Shown here: positions 19,739-29,417 of the stretch, one piece after another
Layout: each line of letters opens with the position of its first letter
Position numbering within the stretch: the first letter of the stretch is position 1
DNA from: Gemmatimonadales bacterium
Lineage (GTDB): Bacteria > Gemmatimonadota > Gemmatimonadetes > Gemmatimonadales > GWC2-71-9
Reading direction: 5' to 3'
DNA length: 64,000 nucleotides
Assembly: GCA_965249575.1 (NCBI GenBank)
Contig: OZ252244.1
Span: 960,001-1,024,000, forward strand
Notes under the pieces: model-generated
Told to the model about the DNA's origin: nothing
The model's input: only the letters and a program-made list of their open reading frames with translations
Database searches by the model: none
Made by a program: the position numbers and the translations under genes

Positions 19739-19924
19739 CGGCCGTCCTCCCGTAGTATGGCATGCGGGGTACGGGGCCCTACAGCCAAGCGCACCCTCCC
19801 TGCGGGATTGGACGGCGCTCGCTACCGGAAGGTTTCAGCGTGGGTGGGATAGCGTGGGTGGCGGGCCTGTCGCGTGTCAGGTGTCAGGGGGCGCTTCTTC
19901 TGGCACCTGACACCTGACACTTGC

Positions 19925-20371
19925 TCAGTCGAGGTCGGCTGGGTCTTCGACGCCGACGTAGTACGTGGACTGATTGATGACGTTGCTCAGCCTCACGTCG
20001 ATGATGTTGTGGCCGGGCACGATCGTGATCAGGGGACTCGACCATCCGCGATTCGACCCAATGGGGTCGGCGACCACCTGAAGGTCGCGAGTGGCGGCAA
20101 CGATCGTCTCCGGTAGCTCGAAGACGCTGGAGGTCAGTGACGACACTTGGCCGAGGCGGTAACGGCTGCCGCTCCGCAAAATGAAGATCGCCATATCGAG
20201 CCAATTGTCGTTCGTGATGTAGACCGTAGCGGCCGGCTGCACGCACACCTGGACGTCGTCGAAATCGTCTCCGGAGGCGAGTCGTGTCGCTTGCGAGCAC
20301 CCCAACGCGCCCGACACCGTGGAAACCACGACCACGGTGTTCAGAAAAACTCGGCTCAGTGTCATAGCCAC
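19925..20371 (-). CDS. putative lipoprotein, paralogue of 20599..21012
   Basis: ALGC lipobox; TNDNWLDMAIF..RYRLGQV..VVADPIG. Confidence 0.7.
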   Translation of the reverse strand: MAMTLSRVFLNTVVVVSTVSGALGCSQATRLASGDDFDDVQVCVQPAATVYITNDNWLDMAIFILRSGSRYRLGQVSSLTSSVFELPETIVAATRDLQVVADPIGSNRGWSSPLITIVPGHNIIDVRLSNVINQSTYYVGVEDPADLD

Positions 20372-20522
20372 TCCAGCATGGAGGTCGAGCGCCGCCGGAA
20401 ACCGCGGGTGTGCGATGGGCTCAGCGAACTGCTGTAAGATACCCCTTACGGCAGGATACGGTCCGTCCCCCTCGTCGTCAAACGCATGTGATCCCGATCA
20501 CGTGTCCCGCTCAACGCCTCGT

Positions 20523-20548
20523 GGAACTTCGCCCCCCCGACTGTCGTT
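20523..20548 (+). promoter_or_regulatory. putative ECF-sigma promoter (GGAAC-N17-CGTT)
   Basis: Motif lies 50 bp upstream of ATG 20599. Confidence 0.4.
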
Positions 20549-20598
20549 TAATACGCGTGGTTGGACAAACACGCTCTTACCCCTGGTGGGGAGGACAC

Positions 20599-21012
20599 AT
20601 GAAACGGCTCAGAGAGATCACCACGGTAACCATGCTCGCCTTAGCCGCCGTCGCCTTTGCGCCGGCCGCGGCCATCGGCCAGGCCGATGACGATGTGGAC
20701 GCGGAGTTACAAGGCCCGCAGACGGTGCTCGTGCGAGTGACGAACTACAATCGGCTGGACATGACGGTGTACGCCGTCAGCGGCGGCGTGCCTTTCCGGT
20801 TGGGTCGCGTCATGACGAACAGCACCCGCAATTTCGACCTGCCGGAGATGGCGGTGAACCAAAACACGATCCAGCTCGTTGCCGACCCACTAGGTAACCT
20901 CACGAGCTACGTGACCGAGATAGTCTCCATCAGACCGGGGACCAAGATCGACCTAGTGGTCGAGGAGAAGCTCGACCACACGAGCCTGTGGGTCACAGAT
21001 CGAGAGGTCTAG
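20599..21012 (+). CDS. secreted protein, paralogue of 19925..20371
   Basis: Signal peptide; TNYNRLDMTVY..PFRLGRV..LVADPLG. Confidence 0.7.
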   Translation: MKRLREITTVTMLALAAVAFAPAAAIGQADDDVDAELQGPQTVLVRVTNYNRLDMTVYAVSGGVPFRLGRVMTNSTRNFDLPEMAVNQNTIQLVADPLGNLTSYVTEIVSIRPGTKIDLVVEEKLDHTSLWVTDREV

Positions 21013-21083
21013 TCGCCTCACAGCCCGACGCTGGCGGCCGCCGATCCCTTCGAGGTCGGCGGCCTTCTTCTTGCCCCTGCACA

Positions 21084-22538
21084 CTAGAGGTATGGGGAAA
21101 GCAGCCGAGCGAGCCCGTCCCGCAGTTTTGCCGGCAGCGATCGCTGGTCCAACTCGGCTGCGGTGACCTCCCGGGCCGCCCGTTGCCGTTCGAGAAATAG
21201 CTCCTCCAGCTGCTGGCCCAGCTGTTCGTCGTAACATTCCACGTTGAACTCGAAATTCAGGCGTAGGCTTCTCGGATCCCAGTTGGCGGAGCCGAAAAGC
21301 GTCCACACGCCGTCGACGATCATGAGCTTCGTGTGGTCGAACGGTGGCGGCGAGTAGAACACCCGGCACCCGCGCCGCAGCACCCGGGTGAGTTGAAACG
21401 TCGACGCCCATTTGACCAAGGGAAGGTTGTTCTTCACCGGGAGCAGAATGTCTACCTCGACACCACGCATCGCCGCGACGTTGAGCGACGTGATCAGTCC
21501 CCCGTCAGGCAGGAAGTAGGGCGTCGCTATGCGGACGGAGCGCTTGGCGGATGCGATCGCCCCGAGAATGATCCAGCGCAGCTTCTCGAAGTCCTCGTCG
21601 GGTCCGTCGAGGATACCACGTCCGGTGACGTCTCCGCGCGGCTCGATGGTGGGAAACCAGCGCTGTCCCCCGAGTGTCTCCTTGGTACTGAAGGCCCAGT
21701 CCTCGGCGAACGCTTCCATGAAGTGCGCAACGGCCGGGCCTTCGACGCGAAAGTGGAGGTCCTGTACCGGGCGGCGAGGTGACCATTCGAGCGCGTGCCC
21801 TTCCCGGATGTTCATCCCGCCCGTGAACCCGACCTGATCATCGACGATGAGCAGCTTGCGGTGGTTGCGCAGGTTCAGGAATGGGGCCCGCCAGGGAGCG
21901 AGCGTGGGAAGAAAGCGCGCCGTGCGAACGCCCCGGCCCCGGAGCGCCCCTACCATCGACGGCCAGGAATATCGCGATCCGGCTCCGTCGATGAGGACTC
22001 GGACCTCGACGCCTCGCCGGATCGCGCCCGCCAGGGCATCCGCGAACATCCAGCCCGCCCGGTCTCGGTCGAAGATGTAGGTGCTCAGCACCACCGACTG
22101 GGACGCCGCATCGATCGCTCCGATCATCGTTGGAAATACCGCGTCGCCGTTGAGCAACGGGGCAACCGCGTTGCCGTGCGTCAGGGGCCACCCGGTGAGC
22201 TCATCCCCTATTCTGGCCAGGGCCTTCAGGTAGCCTTGGGTCTCGACGAGCGGTTTCCCCCGCACGGGGACCGGCTCCAGGAGATGCGATGGCCCAACTG
22301 GCCGGTTTTCTTCCCGGAGCTCCGCAGCGTGCCGCTGAATTCGATTGATGCCGAAGACGCCGTACAGGACCGACCCGATTACCGGCACGAGCCAGACGAG
22401 GCCGACCCACGCGACGGCGGCGCGCGTGTCTCGCTTGGTGAGCACCACATGCCCGGACACGATGATCTGGAGCAGGACGCTCAACGAGCCCGCTACGTAC
22501 GGCGAAGCACCCCGCGCCCTAGCATCCTCGGTTCCCAC
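21084..22538 (-). CDS. cls: cardiolipin synthase
   Basis: Two HKD motifs (NHRKLLIVD, DHTKLMIVD), GSANWDPRSLRLNFE and an N-terminal transmembrane pair. Confidence 0.9.
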   Translation of the reverse strand: MGTEDARARGASPYVAGSLSVLLQIIVSGHVVLTKRDTRAAVAWVGLVWLVPVIGSVLYGVFGINRIQRHAAELREENRPVGPSHLLEPVPVRGKPLVETQGYLKALARIGDELTGWPLTHGNAVAPLLNGDAVFPTMIGAIDAASQSVVLSTYIFDRDRAGWMFADALAGAIRRGVEVRVLIDGAGSRYSWPSMVGALRGRGVRTARFLPTLAPWRAPFLNLRNHRKLLIVDDQVGFTGGMNIREGHALEWSPRRPVQDLHFRVEGPAVAHFMEAFAEDWAFSTKETLGGQRWFPTIEPRGDVTGRGILDGPDEDFEKLRWIILGAIASAKRSVRIATPYFLPDGGLITSLNVAAMRGVEVDILLPVKNNLPLVKWASTFQLTRVLRRGCRVFYSPPPFDHTKLMIVDGVWTLFGSANWDPRSLRLNFEFNVECYDEQLGQQLEELFLERQRAAREVTAAELDQRSLPAKLRDGLARLLSPYL

Positions 22539-22619
22539 TCGACGGCGTACCCGGCTATACTCCTCCGGGTCACGACCATCGGATCGTCATTGACAGAGCC
22601 AACCAGGAGATTCGGGACC

Positions 22620-23336
22620 ATGAACGAGCGCCCCTTGCACGGTCGCCGGTGGACCGTTGCACTGACGTTAGCGAGCCTTGCAGCCTGCACTGGTGGTGAC
22701 ACGGGAGAGGGTGGGGGTGGGGGTGAGCAGGCGAGTGCCGGGGACCAGCAAACCGGACGAATCGCCCTTCTCCTGCCCGAGAGGACCACGATGAACAAGA
22801 CCGCACCGGAGTTGTTCAGAGTCAAATTCGAGACCAGCAAGGGCGATTTCGTCGTGGAGGTGCGCCGTGACTGGGCGCCGAACGGAGCCGACCGGTTCTA
22901 TTACCTGGCAACCAACGGTTTCTACGATGACATCAGGTTCTTCCGAGTCATGGATGGGTTCATGGCGCAATTCGGATTGAGCGGAGATCCAAAACTGAAC
23001 GGCGTCTGGAGAACCCAAACCATTCCCGACGATCCCGTTACGCAAACCAACGACCGCGGCTACATCACGTATGCCATGGCCGGACCCAACAGCCGGACCA
23101 CGCAGGCGTTCATCAACTATCGGGACAACTCCAGCCTGGACGGGCAGGGGTTCGCCCCGTTCGGCGTCGTGGCCGAAGGGATGGACGTGATCGATGCACT
23201 GCACGCGGGCTACGGTGATGGCGCTCCACGCGGCAACGGGCCGAGCCAGGGTAAGATCCGCGCGGAGGGCAACGCATATCTGGATCGCGAGTTTCCGGAG
23301 CTGGATCGTGTCACTAAAGCCTCGCTGCTCCCCTGA
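22620..23336 (+). CDS. cyclophilin-type peptidyl-prolyl isomerase (lipoprotein)
   Basis: FYDDIRFFRVMDGFMAQFG, AMAGPNSRTTQAFIN, FAPFGVV. Confidence 0.92.
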   Translation: MNERPLHGRRWTVALTLASLAACTGGDTGEGGGGGEQASAGDQQTGRIALLLPERTTMNKTAPELFRVKFETSKGDFVVEVRRDWAPNGADRFYYLATNGFYDDIRFFRVMDGFMAQFGLSGDPKLNGVWRTQTIPDDPVTQTNDRGYITYAMAGPNSRTTQAFINYRDNSSLDGQGFAPFGVVAEGMDVIDALHAGYGDGAPRGNGPSQGKIRAEGNAYLDREFPELDRVTKASLLP

Positions 23337-23341
23337 CGCGG

Positions 23342-24007
23342 ATGGCGTTTACCGACCAGCTCTTCGACGAGGCACGGGACATCTGGGACGCTCAGTGCAC
23401 CCATCCGTTCGTTCGAGGCCTAGGTAACGGTTCATTGGACGTCGAGCGTTTCAAGCGCTGGGTACTGCAGGACTACGTCTACCTGAAGGATTTCGCCCGG
23501 GTGTTCGCCTGGGCAACGGCGAAAGCGGACCGCCTAGACTCCATGGCTTGGTATGCCTCGGTGTTGAACCTGACGCTCAACACCGAGATGGCCCTACACC
23601 GGACGTATGCCGCTCGTTTTGGCGTGAGCCCAGAGGAGCTCGAGTCGCAGCGGGCGTGGCCGACGACGAGAGCCTACACGGATTTCCTGATCCGCGTCTC
23701 CGCCGACGGGGACATGGCCGACCTGGTCTCGGCATTGCTGCCATGCGCCTGGGGATACGTGCACATTGCAGGCGTCTTGGCGGCTGGTGATCCCCCAGAA
23801 GACCAGCGCTACGCCGACTGGATCGAGCAATATACCTCGGACGAGTTCGGGGACGCCGTCGATTGGCTGAAATCCGAGATGAACCGGCTGGCCGATGGGA
23901 CAGGCGAGGAAAAGCGCCGGCGCCTTATCGACCTCTTCGTTCTCTCCAGCCGCTACGAGTGGCAATTCTGGGAAATGTGCTGGCACGGTGAGGATTGGAA
24001 GGTGTAG
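23342..24007 (+). CDS. tenA: thiaminase II
   Basis: HPFV, QDYVYL, LLPCAWGY, YEWQFWEM. Confidence 0.9.
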   Translation: MAFTDQLFDEARDIWDAQCTHPFVRGLGNGSLDVERFKRWVLQDYVYLKDFARVFAWATAKADRLDSMAWYASVLNLTLNTEMALHRTYAARFGVSPEELESQRAWPTTRAYTDFLIRVSADGDMADLVSALLPCAWGYVHIAGVLAAGDPPEDQRYADWIEQYTSDEFGDAVDWLKSEMNRLADGTGEEKRRRLIDLFVLSSRYEWQFWEMCWHGEDWKV

Positions 24008-24093
24008 GATGCCCCGAATTGTCGGCGTCCTGTCGGTTTTAGCCCCGCTTGACATCGAATCGACCGACCTTCCTCTTCCCCGGCGGGCGACCC

Positions 24094-26424
24094 CTAACGG
24101 GTCCTGAACAGGTAGCTCACCTTCGCGAAGAACCCATCGTCGCGCCGAGTCAGCCCGTTGAACCGGAAGGCGGCGGTCTCCTCCAAGGTGCTACCATACC
24201 CTAAGAACACGACCGTGCCGGGACCCGGGCGGTACGAGAAGAGAATGTCGCTGCGGAACTCGTTGTTGATGCTGCCCGCCGCCGGACCGAGACGCGCCGC
24301 CGTGCCCGCTCCGTACACGATCGGCTGCTCGGTGCGGGGATCGCGCAACGCGTCTCGTTCCTGCGCGAAGTACTGGCCGACGTAGCGCACGAAAACCGAC
24401 CGGCTGACCTGGTACTCCAGCTTGATCCTGGGAATGTTCGCCACCGAGAAACGCGTGCGGTCCCGCCCGCGACGGATCCGCTGATGTACCCAGCGCCCAT
24501 CGATCCGAATGGCCGGCGTGGGCTTCCACTGCAACTCGAGCTGAGCGTCCAGAGAGAGACCCCGGGTGGGCTCGGCGAAGACCGCGGTCGATCCGTAACG
24601 CGCCGACCCATTCAGAGTAAGTGCACGGTTCGGTGTCGAAAAATTGGCGCCGATGCTCCAAAGGTCGTTCACGCCGTCGGGTACCGTAAAGGCCAGAGTA
24701 TCGGGAAGTGATTCGACGCCGAATTCATCATAGAACGCCGCGTCAAAGTCCGTACGAGCGTGCCTCCAGTTCATGCCAACGCTCCAGCCGCCGCGGAGCG
24801 TCGCAAACCAGTCATTAGAGAAGGTCCCCTCAAGAAACCCGCCCTCGTCAAAGAACGAGCGGTGACTCCACGTCGCCTGCGGCCCGAAGAACGTCGTTAC
24901 CTGTTCGACGAGCGCCCCGGGCGCACCGTACCAGGTAAACCGGTTGAAGAAATTGCCCTGGACCACGCCGGTTCGTGGCACGAAGCCACTCTGGCTCGCA
25001 AAGTCCTCACTCAGCCCCTTGATCTCGCCGTGGTTTCCGTAGGAGCGGCCCGTTCGGTCGAACAGCGTGAGCTGCCAGAGCGCGCCATTCCGGGTTCCGA
25101 GCCCGTCGCGGGTCCACGAGGTGGCAACCTGCACTTCGGAAAACCAGATCCCCCCCCAGATGAGCCGGGCGTCGGCCGCGGCGACGCGATTGAAGTGCCC
25201 ACCGTCCTGTCGGTCGGTATAGACGAGGCCCAGGGTGGACGAAGCTCCAAGATCGCGACGGACGCGGAGGAGGTTGACTAGTGGGTGTGCATTGTCCGCC
25301 GAGAAGTCTCGGTCGTCCACGGCAAACAGATAGCCGACGTTGGTGCGACCGGCTTTACCGGTGAGCTTCACACCGGCCAGTGGAGCGACTACCCGGCGCG
25401 TGTAGATGAGCGCGTTGGGTGAATCGAACTGTTCCAGTCCTTCGAGAAAGAACGGCCGCTTTTCCGGAAAGAACAAAGCAAACCGCTCGTTCGCAGTCAC
25501 CTGTCCGACGTCCGCCTCGACCTGGGAGAAGTCGGGATTGGCGGTACCGTTGATGCTCAAATTGGTGGTCAGGCCCCATGAGACCGTGCCGCCCAGCTGC
25601 GGGTCGGTGTCGTAGGAGTACCCCGTGGCCCCCGGAGCGCCGTTTACCCGTGTGGTCAGCTCGGGATTCGCGGTCAGGACCAGCCCGCGCTCGATGCCGG
25701 TGATGCCCTCGACCGTTCCGGACTGACCGAGGAAGGAGGCGCTCGCCCGTACCGCCGGCGTCCAGGTGTTCTCGTACCCATTGTGTTGCGTCACGCGAAC
25801 GACTTGCAGACCCCAATCCTGGGGATCAATGCTCTGAAATCGAATGCTCTTGAAGGGTATCCGGACCTCGACCTCGTATCCATCCTCGGTAAGCCGGCCC
25901 CGGGATTCGTAGACGAAGTCTGGATTGATGTCGATCACCCCGTCGAACCGGCCGCCGGACCCCGGGCCACCCGCAGCGCCCGCCTGGCCCTCGGACCGGA
26001 CTCCGTCCTGCTGTATGCCAAAGGGATTGACAGCGAACATGAGGGCCCGCCGCCGGTCGTTGAACGCATCCAGCAGAATCTCGATACGGTCGTCCTGGTC
26101 GATCTTGTCGCGGTCGGACAGGGTCGCGCGCACCACCAATCCATGGGCCTCGAAGGCGCGAATGCCGAAGTAGATCGCCTCCGGCGCGTACCAGACCAGC
26201 ACGTGGGTCGAATCCTCGGCCGGGCGACCATCCACTGGGCGGTATTGCGAGAAGCCCGTGAGCACGGTCGCGGACTGCCAGACGGTCTCATTCAGCACAC
26301 CGTCTACGACGGCGCGATTCTCGATCCTCGGGACGGTGGCGTTGAGTTCCCCGCTCCGGCCGTGGAAGGCCTGCGGGCTAGCGGTCGCGACCTGCGTGAT
26401 GGCAGTCAAAAGGGTCAGGAACAT
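24094..26424 (-). CDS. CBM9-like + DUF5916 outer-membrane protein
   Basis: NPDFSQVEAD, FFPEKRPFFLEG; C-terminal FFAKVSYLF. Confidence 0.85.
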   Translation of the reverse strand: MFLTLLTAITQVATASPQAFHGRSGELNATVPRIENRAVVDGVLNETVWQSATVLTGFSQYRPVDGRPAEDSTHVLVWYAPEAIYFGIRAFEAHGLVVRATLSDRDKIDQDDRIEILLDAFNDRRRALMFAVNPFGIQQDGVRSEGQAGAAGGPGSGGRFDGVIDINPDFVYESRGRLTEDGYEVEVRIPFKSIRFQSIDPQDWGLQVVRVTQHNGYENTWTPAVRASASFLGQSGTVEGITGIERGLVLTANPELTTRVNGAPGATGYSYDTDPQLGGTVSWGLTTNLSINGTANPDFSQVEADVGQVTANERFALFFPEKRPFFLEGLEQFDSPNALIYTRRVVAPLAGVKLTGKAGRTNVGYLFAVDDRDFSADNAHPLVNLLRVRRDLGASSTLGLVYTDRQDGGHFNRVAAADARLIWGGIWFSEVQVATSWTRDGLGTRNGALWQLTLFDRTGRSYGNHGEIKGLSEDFASQSGFVPRTGVVQGNFFNRFTWYGAPGALVEQVTTFFGPQATWSHRSFFDEGGFLEGTFSNDWFATLRGGWSVGMNWRHARTDFDAAFYDEFGVESLPDTLAFTVPDGVNDLWSIGANFSTPNRALTLNGSARYGSTAVFAEPTRGLSLDAQLELQWKPTPAIRIDGRWVHQRIRRGRDRTRFSVANIPRIKLEYQVSRSVFVRYVGQYFAQERDALRDPRTEQPIVYGAGTAARLGPAAGSINNEFRSDILFSYRPGPGTVVFLGYGSTLEETAAFRFNGLTRRDDGFFAKVSYLFRTR

Positions 26425-26560
26425 CGGGGAACGGTACAGAGGCGATGAGCCCGGCGGCAAGGGGTCTCTTGACCACCGAATGCGGCGGCCGCGTCTTGAC
26501 GCCGCAGCGAAAGGCGCCTATTACGGGAGTCCGCCAACCCACCTCTACTGACCCGAGGCA

Positions 26561-27055
26561 ATGGCTGACATCTATTCCGTACTCGACCGGCATGGGGTTC
26601 GCTACGAGCGGTGCGATCACCCGGCCGTTTACACCGTGGCCGAGGCGGCGCGGCTGGTGCCGGACCTCCCCGCCACGCACACGAAGAATCTTTTCTTGCG
26701 CGACAGGAAGGGAAAACGGCATTTCCTGATCACGCTCCCAGCGGAAAAGCAGATCGACCTGCGCTCGCTCGAGCCCATCCTGGGCTCGACGAAGCTGAGT
26801 CTCGGATCGCCCGAGCGCTTGCAGAAACATTTGGGGATCGAGCCGGGGGCCGTGTCCCTGCTTGCGATCGTGAACGACGAGGCCGGCGCGGTCGAAGTCT
26901 TCATCGACGAAGACCTGTGGCACGCCGACGCGTTCCAATGCCACCCCCTGGTCAACACCTCGACCCTCGTGATTCAGCGCCAGGACATCGAGCGGTTCTT
27001 GGCAGCCACGCGACACCCGCTCAAGCTCGTGAAGATCCCACCGCGGCAGCCATGA
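26561..27055 (+). CDS. YbaK/ProX-family aminoacyl-tRNA editing protein
   Basis: HPAVYTV, TKNLFLRD, GAVSLLA, CHPLVNT. Confidence 0.9.
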   Translation: MADIYSVLDRHGVRYERCDHPAVYTVAEAARLVPDLPATHTKNLFLRDRKGKRHFLITLPAEKQIDLRSLEPILGSTKLSLGSPERLQKHLGIEPGAVSLLAIVNDEAGAVEVFIDEDLWHADAFQCHPLVNTSTLVIQRQDIERFLAATRHPLKLVKIPPRQP

Positions 27056-27353
27056 ACTGAGCTATCGCACGTGTCGTGGACGAAGGCGTCCACCGACAGC
27101 GAGACACTTGATCGGCCCATCATTCGCGAGCTCCCCGAATTCATTCCTGACCCATGCGTGCCGATACCAATGAAACGGAGGTACGTGCGTCCTGGACCGG
27201 GTGGTCGAGCGCCACCGCGCTCCGGGTCGGCGCCTCGCCTCGAAGTACTTCAGCCGGGGGCGTCAAAATGAGCAGCGAACGTCACCAGTATCCGTCACAG
27301 GCACAGGCACCCACGCCACGATTGGCTGCGGGCCGGAACGTGAGAGTGACGCC

Positions 27354-27707
27354 ATGATCTCCCACGCGCGAAGTGATGCCGCTCCGGTGTGGGACCGCGA
27401 GGGGCTCCTCGACAAGGTGGGCGGGATCGAAGAGCTAATCGGGGAGCTGATCGAGTTGTTTCTGCGCGACGCGCCGGGCCGGATCGTGGCGATCGGGGAG
27501 GCCCTCGACGCCGGGAACTGCGACCTGGCGTGGCGAGAAGCCCATGGCCTCAAGGGTGCGTGCGGAAGTTTGTCAGCAGAAGCGATGGGCGCGGCGGCCG
27601 CAAGTGTGGAGCGGGAGGCGCGTGGGGGGAAGCTGGAGCTAGCCCGCGCCGGATTCACGACGCTAAAAGAGGAATACGACAGACTCGCAGATACGCTGTC
27701 GGCCTGA
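27354..27707 (+). CDS. Hpt phosphotransfer protein
   Basis: AHGLKGACGSL. Confidence 0.85.
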   Translation: MISHARSDAAPVWDREGLLDKVGGIEELIGELIELFLRDAPGRIVAIGEALDAGNCDLAWREAHGLKGACGSLSAEAMGAAAASVEREARGGKLELARAGFTTLKEEYDRLADTLSA

Positions 27708-27721
27708 GGCCGGCCGCCCCA

Positions 27722-29020
27722 CTAACCCTCGTCGGCCGCCGCCACCGCTGGCTGCCCAGCGTGAGACAACCTGAGGCCGACGGCCAACTGCTCGCCGCCT
27801 TCCGTCCGCACTGGTACGGACAGGTCCCAGTCGGGAGGGTCACCCTCGCCCACCGGGAGTGGCTCGACCGATCCCGGATGCATCGGGATGCCTCGCGCGC
27901 CGACCGCTTGCTCGATCCGCGCCCCGATCGCGTCGACGAGCCGGTTCAGGACCGGGCCGTCCGACCCGCCATCGGAACCGGCCTCAGCGTCGCCTGCCTG
28001 GACTTTCTTGCCGATTTCTGCGGCGTCCGCCTGCGTTGCGTAAATGCCGAGCGTCAGCGACAGGCCATGCTCGTCGCTCGTCAGCTCGACTATCGCGCCT
28101 TCCTCAGCCGGGACCGGGGTGTACTCCGCGGGATCGACTTGTTCCACGTCTTCCGACGTCATTACCCCGATCGTCTGCCTCGCGGCCTCGACCAGCGCCG
28201 GTTCCAGCGCGTGGCGGCTGATGGCTCGAAGCAACGTGAGGGCATCAGGAGCCCCCAGTATCCGCTCGCTAACCTGTCTCAGCAGGCCTTCCGGTTCGAG
28301 CGACTTGTTGATGACACCGTCGAACGCCTCGTCATCGAGCCTTACATCGTCGGCGTCATCCGCGATTAGAAACACGCGGGGTGGTTGCTTCTGGTCGTTG
28401 GCCTTGATGGTCCGCGCGACTGCCTTCTCATCGAGCAGCTCGAGCCCTTTCGCCAGCCAGACGATCTCTGGTCGCTTCTCGAGATACAGCCGCACGGCGG
28501 ACGGCCCTCCCTCCGCGACGACGACTTCGAAGAACGCGTCGAGCGTCGCACCCGTAAACGCCAGGAACTCGGCATCGCGGTCGGCAACGAGGAGCATCTG
28601 CCGTGAGAGCCCGTCGGGATCGCCGGCGGCGGCATTCCGGCCGGCCCGCAGCTCGATAGCCGCCATCACCGATTTGAGCCGGTCGCGCGCCTCCTCGAGC
28701 GAGATGGGCTTGAGCAGGTAATCCACGACCCCCAGGCTGAGCAGCTTGAGGACCATGGACCGCTCGGAGCCAGCGGAAATCGATACGACGGGGAGATTGG
28801 CATATTCCGGAGTGGCACGGAGGGTTTCGAGCACCGCCACGCCGTCCATGATTGGCATCACGACGTCGAGCAGCACCAGATCCGGAGATTCTCGCTCGAT
28901 CGCCTCGAGTCCCTCGACCCCGTTCTTGGCCTCGATGACCGTGCTCGAGAAGTGACGTTCGAAGATACGCCGAAGCATCAGTCTCGAGGTGGCTTCGTCG
29001 TCGATGACCACGACCTTCAT
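27722..29020 (-). CDS. response regulator (REC + degenerate REC + CheX-like region)
   Basis: VVIDDE..LLDVVMPIMDG..YLLKP. Confidence 0.8.
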   Translation of the reverse strand: MKVVVIDDEATSRLMLRRIFERHFSSTVIEAKNGVEGLEAIERESPDLVLLDVVMPIMDGVAVLETLRATPEYANLPVVSISAGSERSMVLKLLSLGVVDYLLKPISLEEARDRLKSVMAAIELRAGRNAAAGDPDGLSRQMLLVADRDAEFLAFTGATLDAFFEVVVAEGGPSAVRLYLEKRPEIVWLAKGLELLDEKAVARTIKANDQKQPPRVFLIADDADDVRLDDEAFDGVINKSLEPEGLLRQVSERILGAPDALTLLRAISRHALEPALVEAARQTIGVMTSEDVEQVDPAEYTPVPAEEGAIVELTSDEHGLSLTLGIYATQADAAEIGKKVQAGDAEAGSDGGSDGPVLNRLVDAIGARIEQAVGARGIPMHPGSVEPLPVGEGDPPDWDLSVPVRTEGGEQLAVGLRLSHAGQPAVAAADEG

Positions 29021-29417
29021 TCGTGCCGGCCCCGCTCTAGAATGACTGAATTGAAGCGCACCGCCGATCGACGGCCGCACCGTCCTGCGAGGAGTATCGG
29101 CGAAACTGGCGGATTCTGTAGCCGCGCATTCGCTGCGACCCGTCGGGTGGATATGAAACCGTCACGGGACCCGAAGTGTCTGATCTGGGGGGGCGTTCAC
29201 GCTGCGCGGTACCCAGGATTAGATTTCCCGCGCCCGCCAAAGGCGCGGGGCGTTGGCCAGCGCGCCGTAGTTGAAACATCACGAGCCCTGCGGACGTACC
29301 TGTCTACTGGAAAACGCTAACTATCGGGCTCGGTGGCACCCCGCGTCAGCGTCGTCTCGACCACTAGCAAATCCGCCGCTCGCGCGGATCCGCCTCAAAC
29401 TGTGGAGGTTCCCCAAC

